The position numbers and the translations under genes were made by a program. DNA of 64,000 nucleotides from Eledone cirrhosa (Eukaryota): the NCBI GenBank assembly GCA_964016885.1, contig CAXHJY010001109.1:1-64000 (forward strand), given 5' to 3'. The notes under the pieces were generated by a model. It did no database searches, was not told the origin of the DNA, and saw only the letters and a list, made by a program, of their open reading frames with translations. Of this stretch, positions 13,075 through 23,999 are shown in pieces. The stretch's first letter is position 1. Each line of letters opens with the position of its first letter.

Positions 13075-13887
13075 TAGAAGTCGATGGAAACCGCGGAGTG
13101 GGGAGACCCAAGATGACCTGGGATGAGGTGATAAAAGCCGACCTTACCCAATTACACCTCTCAAAGGCGATGACACATGACCGTGACCTCTGGCGTCACG
13201 CAGTAATACAGAGTACCCGGCCTCCCACGGGTACAAGCTGAAGCATATAGACAATATGCCCCCACACCCCCCACCGCAAGGTGGTCGTGGAGGTGCCACG
13301 GCAAAAAAGCACCCAGCCCACACTGTAAAGTGGATGTGTAGGCGCCACGAAAAAGCACCCAGCACTCACTGTAAATGAGGTTGGTATTAGGAAGGGCATC
13401 CAGCTGTAGAAATCAAGCCAAATCAGTTCCTGTATGAGCAAGGCATGGTCAGCCAACCAGACACTGCCCACAACAGGACAACCTGTCTAACCCATGCTAG
13501 CGTGGAAGAACGGACGTAAAACGGTGATGATGATGATGATGATGATATGTATATATGTATGTATATATATATGTATATATATATGTATGTATATATATAT
13601 GTATATATATATGTATATATATATGTATATATATATGTATATATATATATGTACATATATGTATATATATATGTATTTATATATCACAGTCCACGCTGTA
13701 ATGTGGCCGTGTAGGCAACACGGTAATAACCTCCCAGACCCACACTGTAAATGTGGTTGGTGTTAGGAAGGGCATCCAACTGTAGAAAACCTGCCAGACA
13801 GTCCTATGCGAGCAAGACAATCACTCTTGCCTCAAGTGGGAAAACCCCCGTCCAAACCCATGCAAGCGTGGAACACGGACGTTAAAC

Positions 13888-13920
<33 letters not shown>
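13075..13920 (+). mobile_element. Two RTE 3' ends separated by a TA microsatellite
   Basis: Each has ggttggt(g/a)ttaggaagggcatcca..cggacgt..(gat)n. Confidence 0.85.
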
Positions 13921-13921
<1 letters not shown>

Positions 13922-13949
13922 TATATATATATGTATGTATATATATGTT

Positions 13950-16805
13950 ATCTCTTTCTCTTAATTTTGAGTATATTTTTTTTTGACCGGCCACCTTCCT
14001 GGTGGCAAGGTTGTAAAAGAAAAGAAATTGTCATCCCTTGAATCGCAAGAATGTTTTGCAAATTTTGAAGGTGCCAGCTATCGCAGCCATTTGTAGAATA
14101 TGAATTAGGGAGCTGCGCTTTTTGTCCGCAAATCCAAGTTCAGTCATACTTTGGTCCAAGTGGGTTGGTATATAACCCGTAGCTCCAATAATGATGGGTA
14201 TGAAGCTAAAGGTGTATCTTGGATACTGGATTTGTAAACTCCTCATCAATGGTCTGTAGATGTCCTCCTTCTCCTGTATTTTTCTGACAACGTTTACATC
14301 AAGTGGGCAGCTGATCTCCACAACAGAACATGTTTTCAATGTGTGGTCCCAAACAACAATATCAGGCCAGTTGTGCTTTAATTTGGTGGCAGTTTTTATT
14401 TTCAGGTTCCACCAGTATTCCTTAGTGCCATCTGTCTCAATATATTCTTCCTCGTTTGTTGTTAATTTTGTTTTCCGAAGTGCAATCCAGATGGTTCTAG
14501 CTATCTCATCATGTCTCATGGGAAGGTAGTAGCGAGATGACATTCCTTCGCAGCTGGCAACAATGTGGCTTACATCCTCGATCTTTGTTTTACATAGCCT
14601 ACATTTATTGTCAGCTGCTGGCCCTCCTCTTTTGTGCAGCAGATATTTGGTAGGGAGTTCTTGTTCCTGTATTGCATAGAGATATCCCTCAAGGTGTGAT
14701 GTCATAAACTTGTCGGAACTCCATGCCAGGCTTTTTGAGTGGTTTATCCCCTCTATGGTCTGTGTTTTACGTCTCAAGTATCCATGCACAACTTTTTCTG
14801 TAAATTGGTCAATTTTTTTATCTTGTTTGAACATTGAATATGATCTTCCGATTTCTCTGGGTGAGAGATTTATATCAGGCTTTATTCCATATCTCTCCTC
14901 CAGATCAGTCGCTATTCTAATGATATTTTTTTTTTCATGCTCATAAACCTGAGCAAGATGGTCGCCAACCTTTTTCCTCTGTTGAAGGTGTTGCTTCAGT
15001 GTTACTATCCGGGTCCCATATGTTGTTAATATTGATTTTAGACCCCGGCCACCTTCCTTGCGTGAGAAGTATAGGCTATTCACATCACCATTGATGTTAA
15101 AGTTCCCAGTAACACTGAGAAGTTTGCGAGTTCTAACATCCATCTCACTTAGTTCTTGCAATGACCAGTTCAGCAGGCCAAATGTTGGCGTTAGAATTGG
15201 CACAGCATAAGTATTGTGGGCAATGTATTTGTTGTACGCTGACAGTTCTGATGACCATATTTTCTTTACTCTTCTGAGGTATTCAGTTCTGGTTCTCTCC
15301 TTATTTATGGGTCCATCATATCTGACAATCTCATCCTGTCCAAGATATCTGCATTTGTCACCTGACTGTAAAGGTTGTATTGTCAGGCCATTCATCTCTA
15401 GATTTCTAGAGGAGGGCACAGCTCTTCCACGTTTTACTGCCAAATATGCACACTTGGACTCACCAAATTTCATTTTAATGTCGGTTGAAAATTGTGTAAT
15501 GAGGTCCAATTGTTTCTTGATGTCATTGATATTTGGCCCATACAACTTCAGGTCATCAACAAAGAAAAGATGGGAGATACTTCTGGACCCACTTCTTTGT
15601 CCACCTTGTTTCCTGAGTAGGTAAGATAGTGGATTCAGTGAGAGAACGAAGAGTAGCACTGACAAGCTATCATGCTGAAAGATGCCCTTCTGGTAATGTA
15701 TCTTATCAGTCTTAACTTGCTCCTTCTCACCTCTAAGAATCAAATTGGTGTACCAGTTCTTGGTCAGGCGTTCAACAGCAGCTACCAATGGTTGTGGGAC
15801 TTTGGCTAACTGTAAAGCCTTAATAATCCACCCATGAGGTACACTATCAAATGCTTTTTGATAGTGCAGCCACACCACAGTCATGTTTCTGCGATTCTTT
15901 GTTGTCTTTTCCTGAATCATTTTATTAGTTAGTAGGTGATCTATGCAACCCCACACCTCCCTCTTTCCACCAGCTTGCTCAGGTGTTATGATGGTGTTGG
16001 TAGCACAGTGATCCTGTAAGAACAGGTTAAGGCACCCAGTATATAATTTATACATGATGTTTTGGCAGGCTATTGGGCGGTAATTTTTAGCAAGGGTGGT
16101 TTGGCTATTTTGGGGAATGAGGAGAGTAGTGGCAGTTGATAACCATCTGGGCAGTTCTTGTGTGCGTTTAATGGTTTCTGTAAACAGCCGTATGAGATCT
16201 TGCCGATAGAAAGTGAAATTCTTCAACCAGTATCCTGTAATGAGGTCTGGGCCTGGTGATTTCCTATTCAACATTTTCTGTAGAGCTGTTTCCAGTATTG
16301 ATCCATCTATGTCATATTGTTTTGTCTGGACATGTTGGCAGTAGTCCTGTTCCAGTTCTTTTAGCCAATTAGTTTGTCTGTTGAATCCGTCATCCGTTTC
16401 CCATACAGATCTCCAGTAGCTCTCAACCTGTTCTTTTGAAGGGGTGTCATTTACAGGGATTGAGCTTTTGCCACCGAAGATGCGATAAACTAATTTAGGA
16501 TCTCTGGCAAACAATCTATTTAGCACTTGTCGTTTATGTGCTGTTGACTTATATTTTAGTCTTTCTGTTGTAGCTGTGAGTTGTTGTTTCAACTGGTATA
16601 ATTTAGAGTTCAAAGTTTTAAATTTTGTATCTTCAAATCTTCTCTCTAACTTTTTTTTTAGGTCTTCCTGGTGTCGTGTGAAGTTGCTCTCTATGTTGCA
16701 TTTCATAACGATTGCGATGTGTGAGATACTTCGTCTCAGGGACAAAATTTTGGTTTTTAAATTTCGCATCCACGCTGGTTCAGGCTTTCTGAAACATATA
16801 ACAAA
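13950..16805 (-). mobile_element. 5'-truncated R4/Dong-like non-LTR retrotransposon (RT, CCHC knuckle, restriction-like endonuclease); ORF ends at 14031
   Basis: KSPGPD, NYRPI, EQAG, FFVDD, CRLC..HIVASC, RHD, PDIVV..VEISCP. The annotated N-terminal ~48 aa belong to another repeat and a microsatellite. Confidence 0.88.
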
Positions 16806-16875
16806 ATATGTATGTATGTATATATGTATGTATATGTGTATGTATGTATATATGTATGTATGTATGTATATATAT

Positions 16876-17226
16876 ATAACACCTGCAACTCTGATGGTAT
16901 CCAATGATGTTGACTTGTTCTTCTTTTTGGTAAATATCATCTTGGTCAAGAGAGTGGGACTGGCTTTGTGCAGTGCCTTTGCTCACTATAAAAGCTTCAC
17001 AGCACAGGCATTGCTTTATATCTGGAGATCTCTCTGCACTTGTCGTCACATGGTACCATGGGCCCAGCACTATGTGTCAATAATTGTCACAAGTGTAGTG
17101 TTTGTACCAGAGTTTTCAAGTCGCTGGCTGGACTAAAAAGTCACACTCGTTCAGCGCATCGGTAGGGGTTTTCCTACATGGATATAAAGTAGTGGCCGTA
17201 CTCGAAAACGAGTTGGCAGCCACCAT
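16876..17226 (+). mobile_element. Bipartite RTE-like element, 5'-truncated copy
   Basis: Matches 17490-17840. Confidence 0.8.
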
Positions 17227-17231
17227 ATATA

Positions 17232-17840
17232 TGTCAGGTCACCAGTTGGTGCTACTGGTAACATGTATCCCAGTACAACCTGTCTCATGGTCGGGTTGTT
17301 GGCGACTAAACTGGCAACCCCACCAAGGTTTCTTGGTGAGGAGGGTGACTGGACATCCTGCAGGACTAAAAATAAAACCTGTCAAAGGGCAAAGGAGCTC
17401 TTAAGAGTCAATGGCCATCCAAAATCACCGGGAGAGATGACTCCTTTGCCTTTGTCAAGGCAGAATTCTAGGAGAAGGAAAACTCTGATGTAACACCTGC
17501 AACCCTGATGGTATCCAATAATGTTGACTTGTTCTTCTTTTTGGTAAATATCATCTTGGTTAAGAGAGTGGGACTGGCTTTGTGCAGTGCCTTTGCTCAC
17601 TATAAAAGCTTCACAGCACAGGCATTGCTTTGTATCTGGAGATCTCTCTGCACTTGTCGTCACATGGTACCATGGGCCCAGCACTATGTGTCAATAATTG
17701 TCACAAGTGTAGTGTCTGTACCAGAGTTTTCAAGTCGCTGGCTGGACTAAAAAGTCACATTCGTTCAGCGTATCGGTGGGGGTTCTCCTACATGGATATA
17801 AAGTAGTGGCCGTACTCGAAAACGAGTTGGCAGCCACCAT
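17232..17840 (+). mobile_element. Bipartite non-autonomous RTE-like element, full ~610 bp
   Basis: Structured head gtcaggtcaccagttgg.., ggagaaggaaaactctga, C2H2 finger [17 protein letters not shown], end gttggcagccacc(at)n. Confidence 0.75.
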
Positions 17841-18155
17841 ATATATATGTATGTATATATGTATGTATATATGTATGTATATATATATATCTATTCCAGT
17901 AAAACCTGTCCCATGGTCGGGTCGTTGGCAACTAAACTGTATGTATGTATATATATGTATGTATGTATATATATGTATGTATGTATATATATGTATGTAT
18001 GTATATATATATATATATGTATGTATGTATATATATATATATGTATGTATGTATATATATGTATGTATATATGTATGTATATATATATATATATGTATGT
18101 ATGTATATATATGTATGTATGTATATATATGTATGTATGTATATATATATGTAGG

Positions 18156-18188
<33 letters not shown>

Positions 18189-18233
18189 ATATATATGTAT
18201 GTATATATATATGTATGTATATATATATGTATG

Positions 18234-18273
<40 letters not shown>

Positions 18274-18374
18274 TATATATATATGTATGCATGTATATAT
18301 GTATGTATGTATATATATATGTATGTATGTATATATATATATATGTATGTATGTATATATATATGTATGTATAT

Positions 18375-18408
<34 letters not shown>

Positions 18409-18507
18409 GTATATATATGTATGTATGTATGTATATATATATATATGTATGTATGTATATATATATATGTAGGTATATATATATATATGTATGTATATAT
18501 ATATATG

Positions 18508-18554
<47 letters not shown>

Positions 18555-18562
18555 GTATATAT
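17841..18562. repeat. (TA)n/(TATG)n microsatellite, one of many such tracts
   Basis: Directly visible; includes a short fragment of the bipartite head at ~17895-17938. Confidence 0.95.
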
Positions 18563-18815
18563 ATGTAAGTATGCATGTATACGTACATACATATATGTAT
18601 ACAGACGTACAGTAGCATGCACATATATATATATATATATATATACATATATATATACATATGCATACAGGTACACATACATATATGCACGTATCAGTTT
18701 AGCGGCGCTTATTATAACGTCGCTTTGTTCGTTTGTAAACAAACTGAACAGCCTGAATTTATGCCATACGGTGTTAAGGCAACCACGTCACCTTTTTGTT
18801 CAACACTGACACAGG

Positions 18816-18860
18816 AACGATGTACTAGTTTCAAGCTTGTTAGCTATCATCAGCACCGTT
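18816..18860 (-). ncRNA. Minimal type I hammerhead ribozyme
   Basis: Minus strand: aacggtg CTGATGA t-agc-taacaa-gct-t GAAA CTAGTA^ catcgtt. Confidence 0.88.
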
Positions 18861-19322
18861 TACCCATCTGCCAGATAGTTGAACGTTCGAAAGTATATAC
18901 TTTCCTTATGAAAATTAACGGCTGAGCAGCCTAATTTGCATATTGAGTGAGTTAAATCGGTCAGGCATACCGAAAACGATAAATTGAAACAAAATGAAAG
19001 CGAAATTTCATTTCTCACTCTTAGTATGGCACTTACTTAAATGTAAGTATGCATGTATACGTACATACATATATGTATACAGACGTACAGTAGCATGCAC
19101 ATATATATATATATATACATATATATATACATATGCATACAGGTACACATACATATATGCACGTATCAGTTTAGCGGCGCTTCTTTCATTTTGTTTCAAT
19201 TTATCGTTTTCGGTATGCCTGACCGATTTAACTCACTCAATATGCAAATTAGGCTGCTCAGCCGTTAATTTTCATAAGGAAAGTATATACTTTCGAACGT
19301 TCAACTATCTGGCAGATGGGTA

Positions 19323-19367
19323 AACGGTGCTGATGATAGCTAACAAGCTTGAAACTAGTACATCGTT
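19323..19367 (+). ncRNA. Minimal type I hammerhead ribozyme (inverted copy)
   Basis: Same motif on +; predicted cleavage after 19360 (GUA). Confidence 0.88.
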
Positions 19368-19765
19368 CCTGTGTCAGTGTTGAACAAAAAGGTGACGTGG
19401 TTGCCTTAACACCGTATGGCATAAATTCAGGCTGTTCAGTTTGTTTACAAACGAACAAAGCGACGTTATAATAAGCGCCGCTAAACTGATACGTGCATAT
19501 ATGTATGTGTACCTGTATGCATATGTATATATATATGTATATATATATATATATGTGCATGCTACTGTACGTCTGTATAGATATATGTATGTACGTATAC
19601 ATGCATACTTACATTTAAGTAAGTGCCATACTAAGAGTGAGAAATGAAATTTCGCTTTCATTTTGTTTCAATGTATATATATGTATATATATGTATATAT
19701 ATATATGTATGTATATATATATATGTATATATATATATGTATATGTATATATATATGTATATATG

Positions 19766-19796
<31 letters not shown>

Positions 19797-20025
19797 GTAT
19801 GTATATATGTATATATATATATATATGTATATATATATGTATATATATATGTATATATATATATGTATGTATGTATATATGTATGTATGTATATATATAT
19901 ATGTATGTATATATATATGTATGTATATATATATGTATGTATATATATATGTATGTATGTATATCTATATATATGTATGTATATATATATGTATGTATGT
20001 ATATATGTATGTATGTATATATATG

Positions 20026-20636
20026 TCAGGTCACCAGTTGGTGATACTGGTAACATGTATCCCAGTACAACCTGTCTCATGGTCGGGTCGTTGGCGACTA
20101 AACTGGCAACCCCACCAAGGTTTCTTGGTGAGGAGGGTGACTTTGGACATCCTGCAGGACTAAAAACAAAATCTTTCAAAGGGCTAAGGAGCTCTTAAGA
20201 GTCAATGGCCATCCAAAATCACCGGGAGAGATGACCCCTTTAGCCTTATTCAAGGCAGAATTCTAGGAGAAGGAAAACTCTGATATAACACCTGCAACTC
20301 TGATGGTATCCAATGATGTTGTCTTGTTCTTCTTTTTGGTAAATATCATCTTGGTTAAGAGAGTGGGACTGGCTTTGTGCAGTGCCTTTGCTCACTATAA
20401 AAGCTTCACGGCACAGGCATTGCTTTATATCTGGAGATCTCTCTGCACTTGTCGTCACATGGTACCATGGGCCCAGCACTATGTGTCAATAATTGTCACA
20501 AGTGTAGTGTTTGTACCAGAGTTTTCAAGTCACTGGCTGGACTAAGAAGTCACACTTCTTCAGCGCATCGGTAGGGGTTCTCCTACATGGATATAAAGTA
20601 GTGGCCGTACTCGAAAACGAGTTCGCAGCCACCATG
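20026..20636 (+). mobile_element. Bipartite RTE-like element, full copy
   Basis: Colinear with 17232-17840; flanked by TA tracts. Confidence 0.8.
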
Positions 20637-20914
20637 TATATATGTATGTATATATATATATCTATATGTATGTATATATATATCTATATGTATGTATATA
20701 TATCTATATGTATGTATATATATATATCTATATGTATGTATATATATGTATGCATGTATATCTATATATCTATATGTATGTATATATATATATATATATA
20801 TGTATGCATGTATATATATATATCTATATGTATCTATATCTATATATCTATATGTATGCATGTATATATATATATCTATATGTATGCATGTATATATATA
20901 TATTTATATGTATG

Positions 20915-21615
20915 TCATCATCATCATCATCGGGTTTAGCGTCCATGTTCCACGCTTGCATGGGTTTGGACGGGGGTTTTCCCACTTGAGGCAAGAGTGG
21001 TTGTCTTGCTCGCATAGGACTGTATGGCGGGTTTTCTACAGCTGGATGCCCTTCCTAACACCAACCACATTTACAGTGTGGGGCTGGGAGGTTTTTACCG
21101 TGTTGCCTACACGGCCACATTACAGCGTGGACTGTCTGGCGGGTTTTCTACAGCTGGATGCCCTTCCTAACACCAACCACATTTACAGTGTGGGGCTGGG
21201 AGGTTTTTACCGTGTTGCCTACACGGCCACATTTATAGCGTGGACTGTGTGTTTTTTTGTCGTGACACCTACACGATCTCATTTGTTTCGGCCTGGATGT
21301 TGTGGGACCAACATAACTTTACATTGAAAGGGGCGGTGTGGATGGGGTGGAGGTGGTGGGACGAGCGTGTGTTTTGATAGAGATGCCTAGTGACTGTAGT
21401 AGGTTTTTACTTTGTATTTAGGTAAGGCGGGTCTTCTCTATTACTGAGTACCGCCAAAGGTCTCGGTCCAGTGACATTGTCTTGGAGAGGTGTAAGCGTG
21501 TTAGGTCGGAATTTATCATGTCGTCCCAGGTTTTTCTGGGTCTGCCTCCTCCGTGGCTACCGTCTATCTTTATTGCCCTGCACTTTGTTATACAGCTGTC
21601 GTCTTTCATGCGCAT
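20915..21615 (-). mobile_element. RTE 3' end with an internal ~117-bp tandem duplication
   Basis: [16 protein letters not shown] plus 3'UTR; ggactgt..ggcgggttttctacagc block occurs twice. Confidence 0.85.
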
Positions 21616-21738
21616 GTATATATATATATCTATATGTATGCATGTATATATATATATATATCTATATGTATGCATGTATATATATATATATATCTATATG
21701 TATGCATGTATATATATATATATGTATATGTATGCATG

Positions 21739-21769
<31 letters not shown>

Positions 21770-21782
21770 ATGCATGTATATA

Positions 21783-23232
21783 TCATCATCATCATCATCA
21801 CCGTTTTACGTCCGTTCTTCCACGCCAGCATGGGTTAGACGGGTTGTCCTGTTGTGGGCAGTGTCTGGTCGGCTGACCATGCCTTGCTCATACAGGAACT
21901 GATTTGGCTTGATTTCTACAGCTGGATGCCCTTCCTAACACCAACCTCATTTACAGTGAGTGCTGGGTGCTTTTTTGTGGCGCCTACACGTCCACTTTAC
22001 AGTGTGGGCTGGGTGCTTTTTTGCCGTGGCACCTCCACGACCACCTTGCGGTGGGTGGGGGGCATATTGTCTATATGCTTCAGCTTGGACCCATGGGAGG
22101 TCGGGTACTCTGTATTACTGCGTGACGCCAGAAGTCACGGTCGTGTGTCATTGCCTTTGAGAGATGTAATTGGGTAAGGTCGGCTTTTATCACCTTATCC
22201 CAGGTCATCTTGTGTCTCCCCACTCCGTGGTTTCCATCAACTTCTAGTGCTCTGCACCTTTTTATGCAGCTGTCATCCTTCATACGCATCACATGTCCAT
22301 ACCAATGCAACCGCCTCTCCTGCACACAGCATTTGATTCCTCTTATGCTCAGTCTCTCTCTCAATTCATTTATGCTTTGTCGTTCACGTATATTACTGTT
22401 ACACATCCATCGGAGCATGCAGGCTTCATTTCTCTCTAATCTGTCTACTGTTTCTACAGAGCACTCCCAGAGATTGGTGGTACTTGTTTCCTGTGGCTGT
22501 TTGCTGCTTGCTGTCTCAGCACAGCTGCTGCATGTGAAGCCTACATTCTTAATTAAGCTTCCTGAGATCCCGCTACATCTCTTGTGTACCCATTGTTTGC
22601 ATTTGGGGCAGAGAATGGAGTTCCTACCTACACCTTTCCTACATACTGAGCAAGGCCATTTCACTGAGGGGATCTGGGTTCTGTTTTCTCGTCTACTTAC
22701 AAGGACCTTAGTCTTTGTCATGTTGACTTTGAGACCCTTTCTTTCTAGTCCCTGCTTTCAAGTTTGGAATTTATTCTCTAGTTCTACCATAGATTCAGCT
22801 ATGAGTGCGAGGTCATCAGCATACAGGAGTTCCCATGGGCATCCGGTCTTAAACTCCTTCGTTATTGCCTGCAGGACTATGATGAACAGGAGGGGGCTAA
22901 GAACAGAGCCCTGGTGGACCCCAACCTGTACGCTAAATTCCTCGCTATACTCATTGCTAATCCTAACTTTACTGACTGCTCTCCTATACATGGCTTGTAC
23001 CGCTTTCACAAGCCATTCATCTACTCCTAGTTTTCTAAGAGCCCACCAGATTACAGCACGTGGAACTCTGTCAAAGGCTTTTTCAAGGTTGACAAATGCC
23101 AAGTAGAGTGGCTTACTTTTAGCTAGGTACTTTTCCTGTAATTGCCTCACAAGGAAGAGGGCATCAGTGGTGCCTCTTCCTGGTACAAACCCAAATTGCA
23201 TCTCGTCTATTTTCACCCAGTCCCTAATTAAC
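21783..23232 (-). mobile_element. 5'-truncated RTE LINE with an internal deletion
   Basis: QFGF, KAFD, QGSVLSP, LLYADD; the segment after the Cys-rich insert is missing. Confidence 0.9.
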
Positions 23233-23391
23233 AGAAGAACAAACACATACTTAGAAAGTTTGTTAGACTGTTAATACTGTTACTATTATTTACTCATGTG
23301 GAGCCTGCAACTAATGACACTATATATATTATAATGAGTTACTACCTGACGGCCGAGCTCTTGTTGTTTATTTATTTATATATATATATTA

Positions 23392-23875
23392 GTCTTGGGT
23401 TCTTCCATGCTGTTCTGTGTATCGAACAGTAAGTAGTCGCCAACGGTCTCAATCAGCAGCGGTTTTTTCGCATCCGTGCCAAGTGATGTTGGCTGCCATC
23501 AGGTCTTTTCAGAATGTTCGTCGTTCGTCGCCGGGTGATCCTGGGGCAACCCTGCCTCCATTTGCTGCCAGGTGGAGTCCAGTTCATTGCTGTTGTCTAG
23601 TGTTGTTCATCAGGCAGGCACAGAATAAGGCCAGCCAGGTGGCACTGGCACTCTGCGACCATCCTCTGTAATGCCCATGACTCGGCTCTCCGCAGGATTT
23701 CCTCGTTTCGCACTTGGTCGCGCCAGGACACACGAAGGATCATTCGCAGGCACCGCTGGTGGAAAGTGTTCAGTTGTCTCTCTATCTTAGCCGTGCTCTT
23801 CCAGGTTTCACTTGCATAAAGCACTGTCAGCAGCATGATGCTCTTGTACAGGCGCAGCTTGGTCCTGGTGCTGAT
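23392..23875 (-). mobile_element. RTE-type LINE 3' fragment of a different family
   Basis: TKLRLYKS..VLYASETW..FHQRCLRMILRVSWRDQVRNEEIL. Confidence 0.8.
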
Positions 23876-23999
23876 GTATGTGTGTGTGTGTAGATCCTGA
23901 GTGAAATCATGGGTACCCACAGTAAATAAAGGTACTCAGTATATAAATAGAGTGAGAACAACTAAATTCCTGCATTCCTGTGTATATTTATATATATAG

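Larger units (their letters stand above)
18563..19671. mobile_element. Retrozyme-like ~478-bp HHR unit: ~1.3 tandem units, then one inverted permuted unit
   Basis: atgtaagtatgc at 18563 and 19041; the inverted segment 19183-19671 starts and ends with ctttcattttgtttcaa. Confidence 0.85.

Noticed and set aside
16806-16949. N-terminus of the 972-aa ORF
   Set aside because: Antisense of the bipartite element plus microsatellite, not part of the R4-like element.
17232-17360. HDV-like or twister ribozyme at the bipartite element head
   Set aside because: Partial resemblance only; the required P3/L3 or UAA/P2 elements could not be placed.
17776-18809. Long YIYI/CMYV ORFs here and elsewhere
   Set aside because: Translations of TA/TATG microsatellites.
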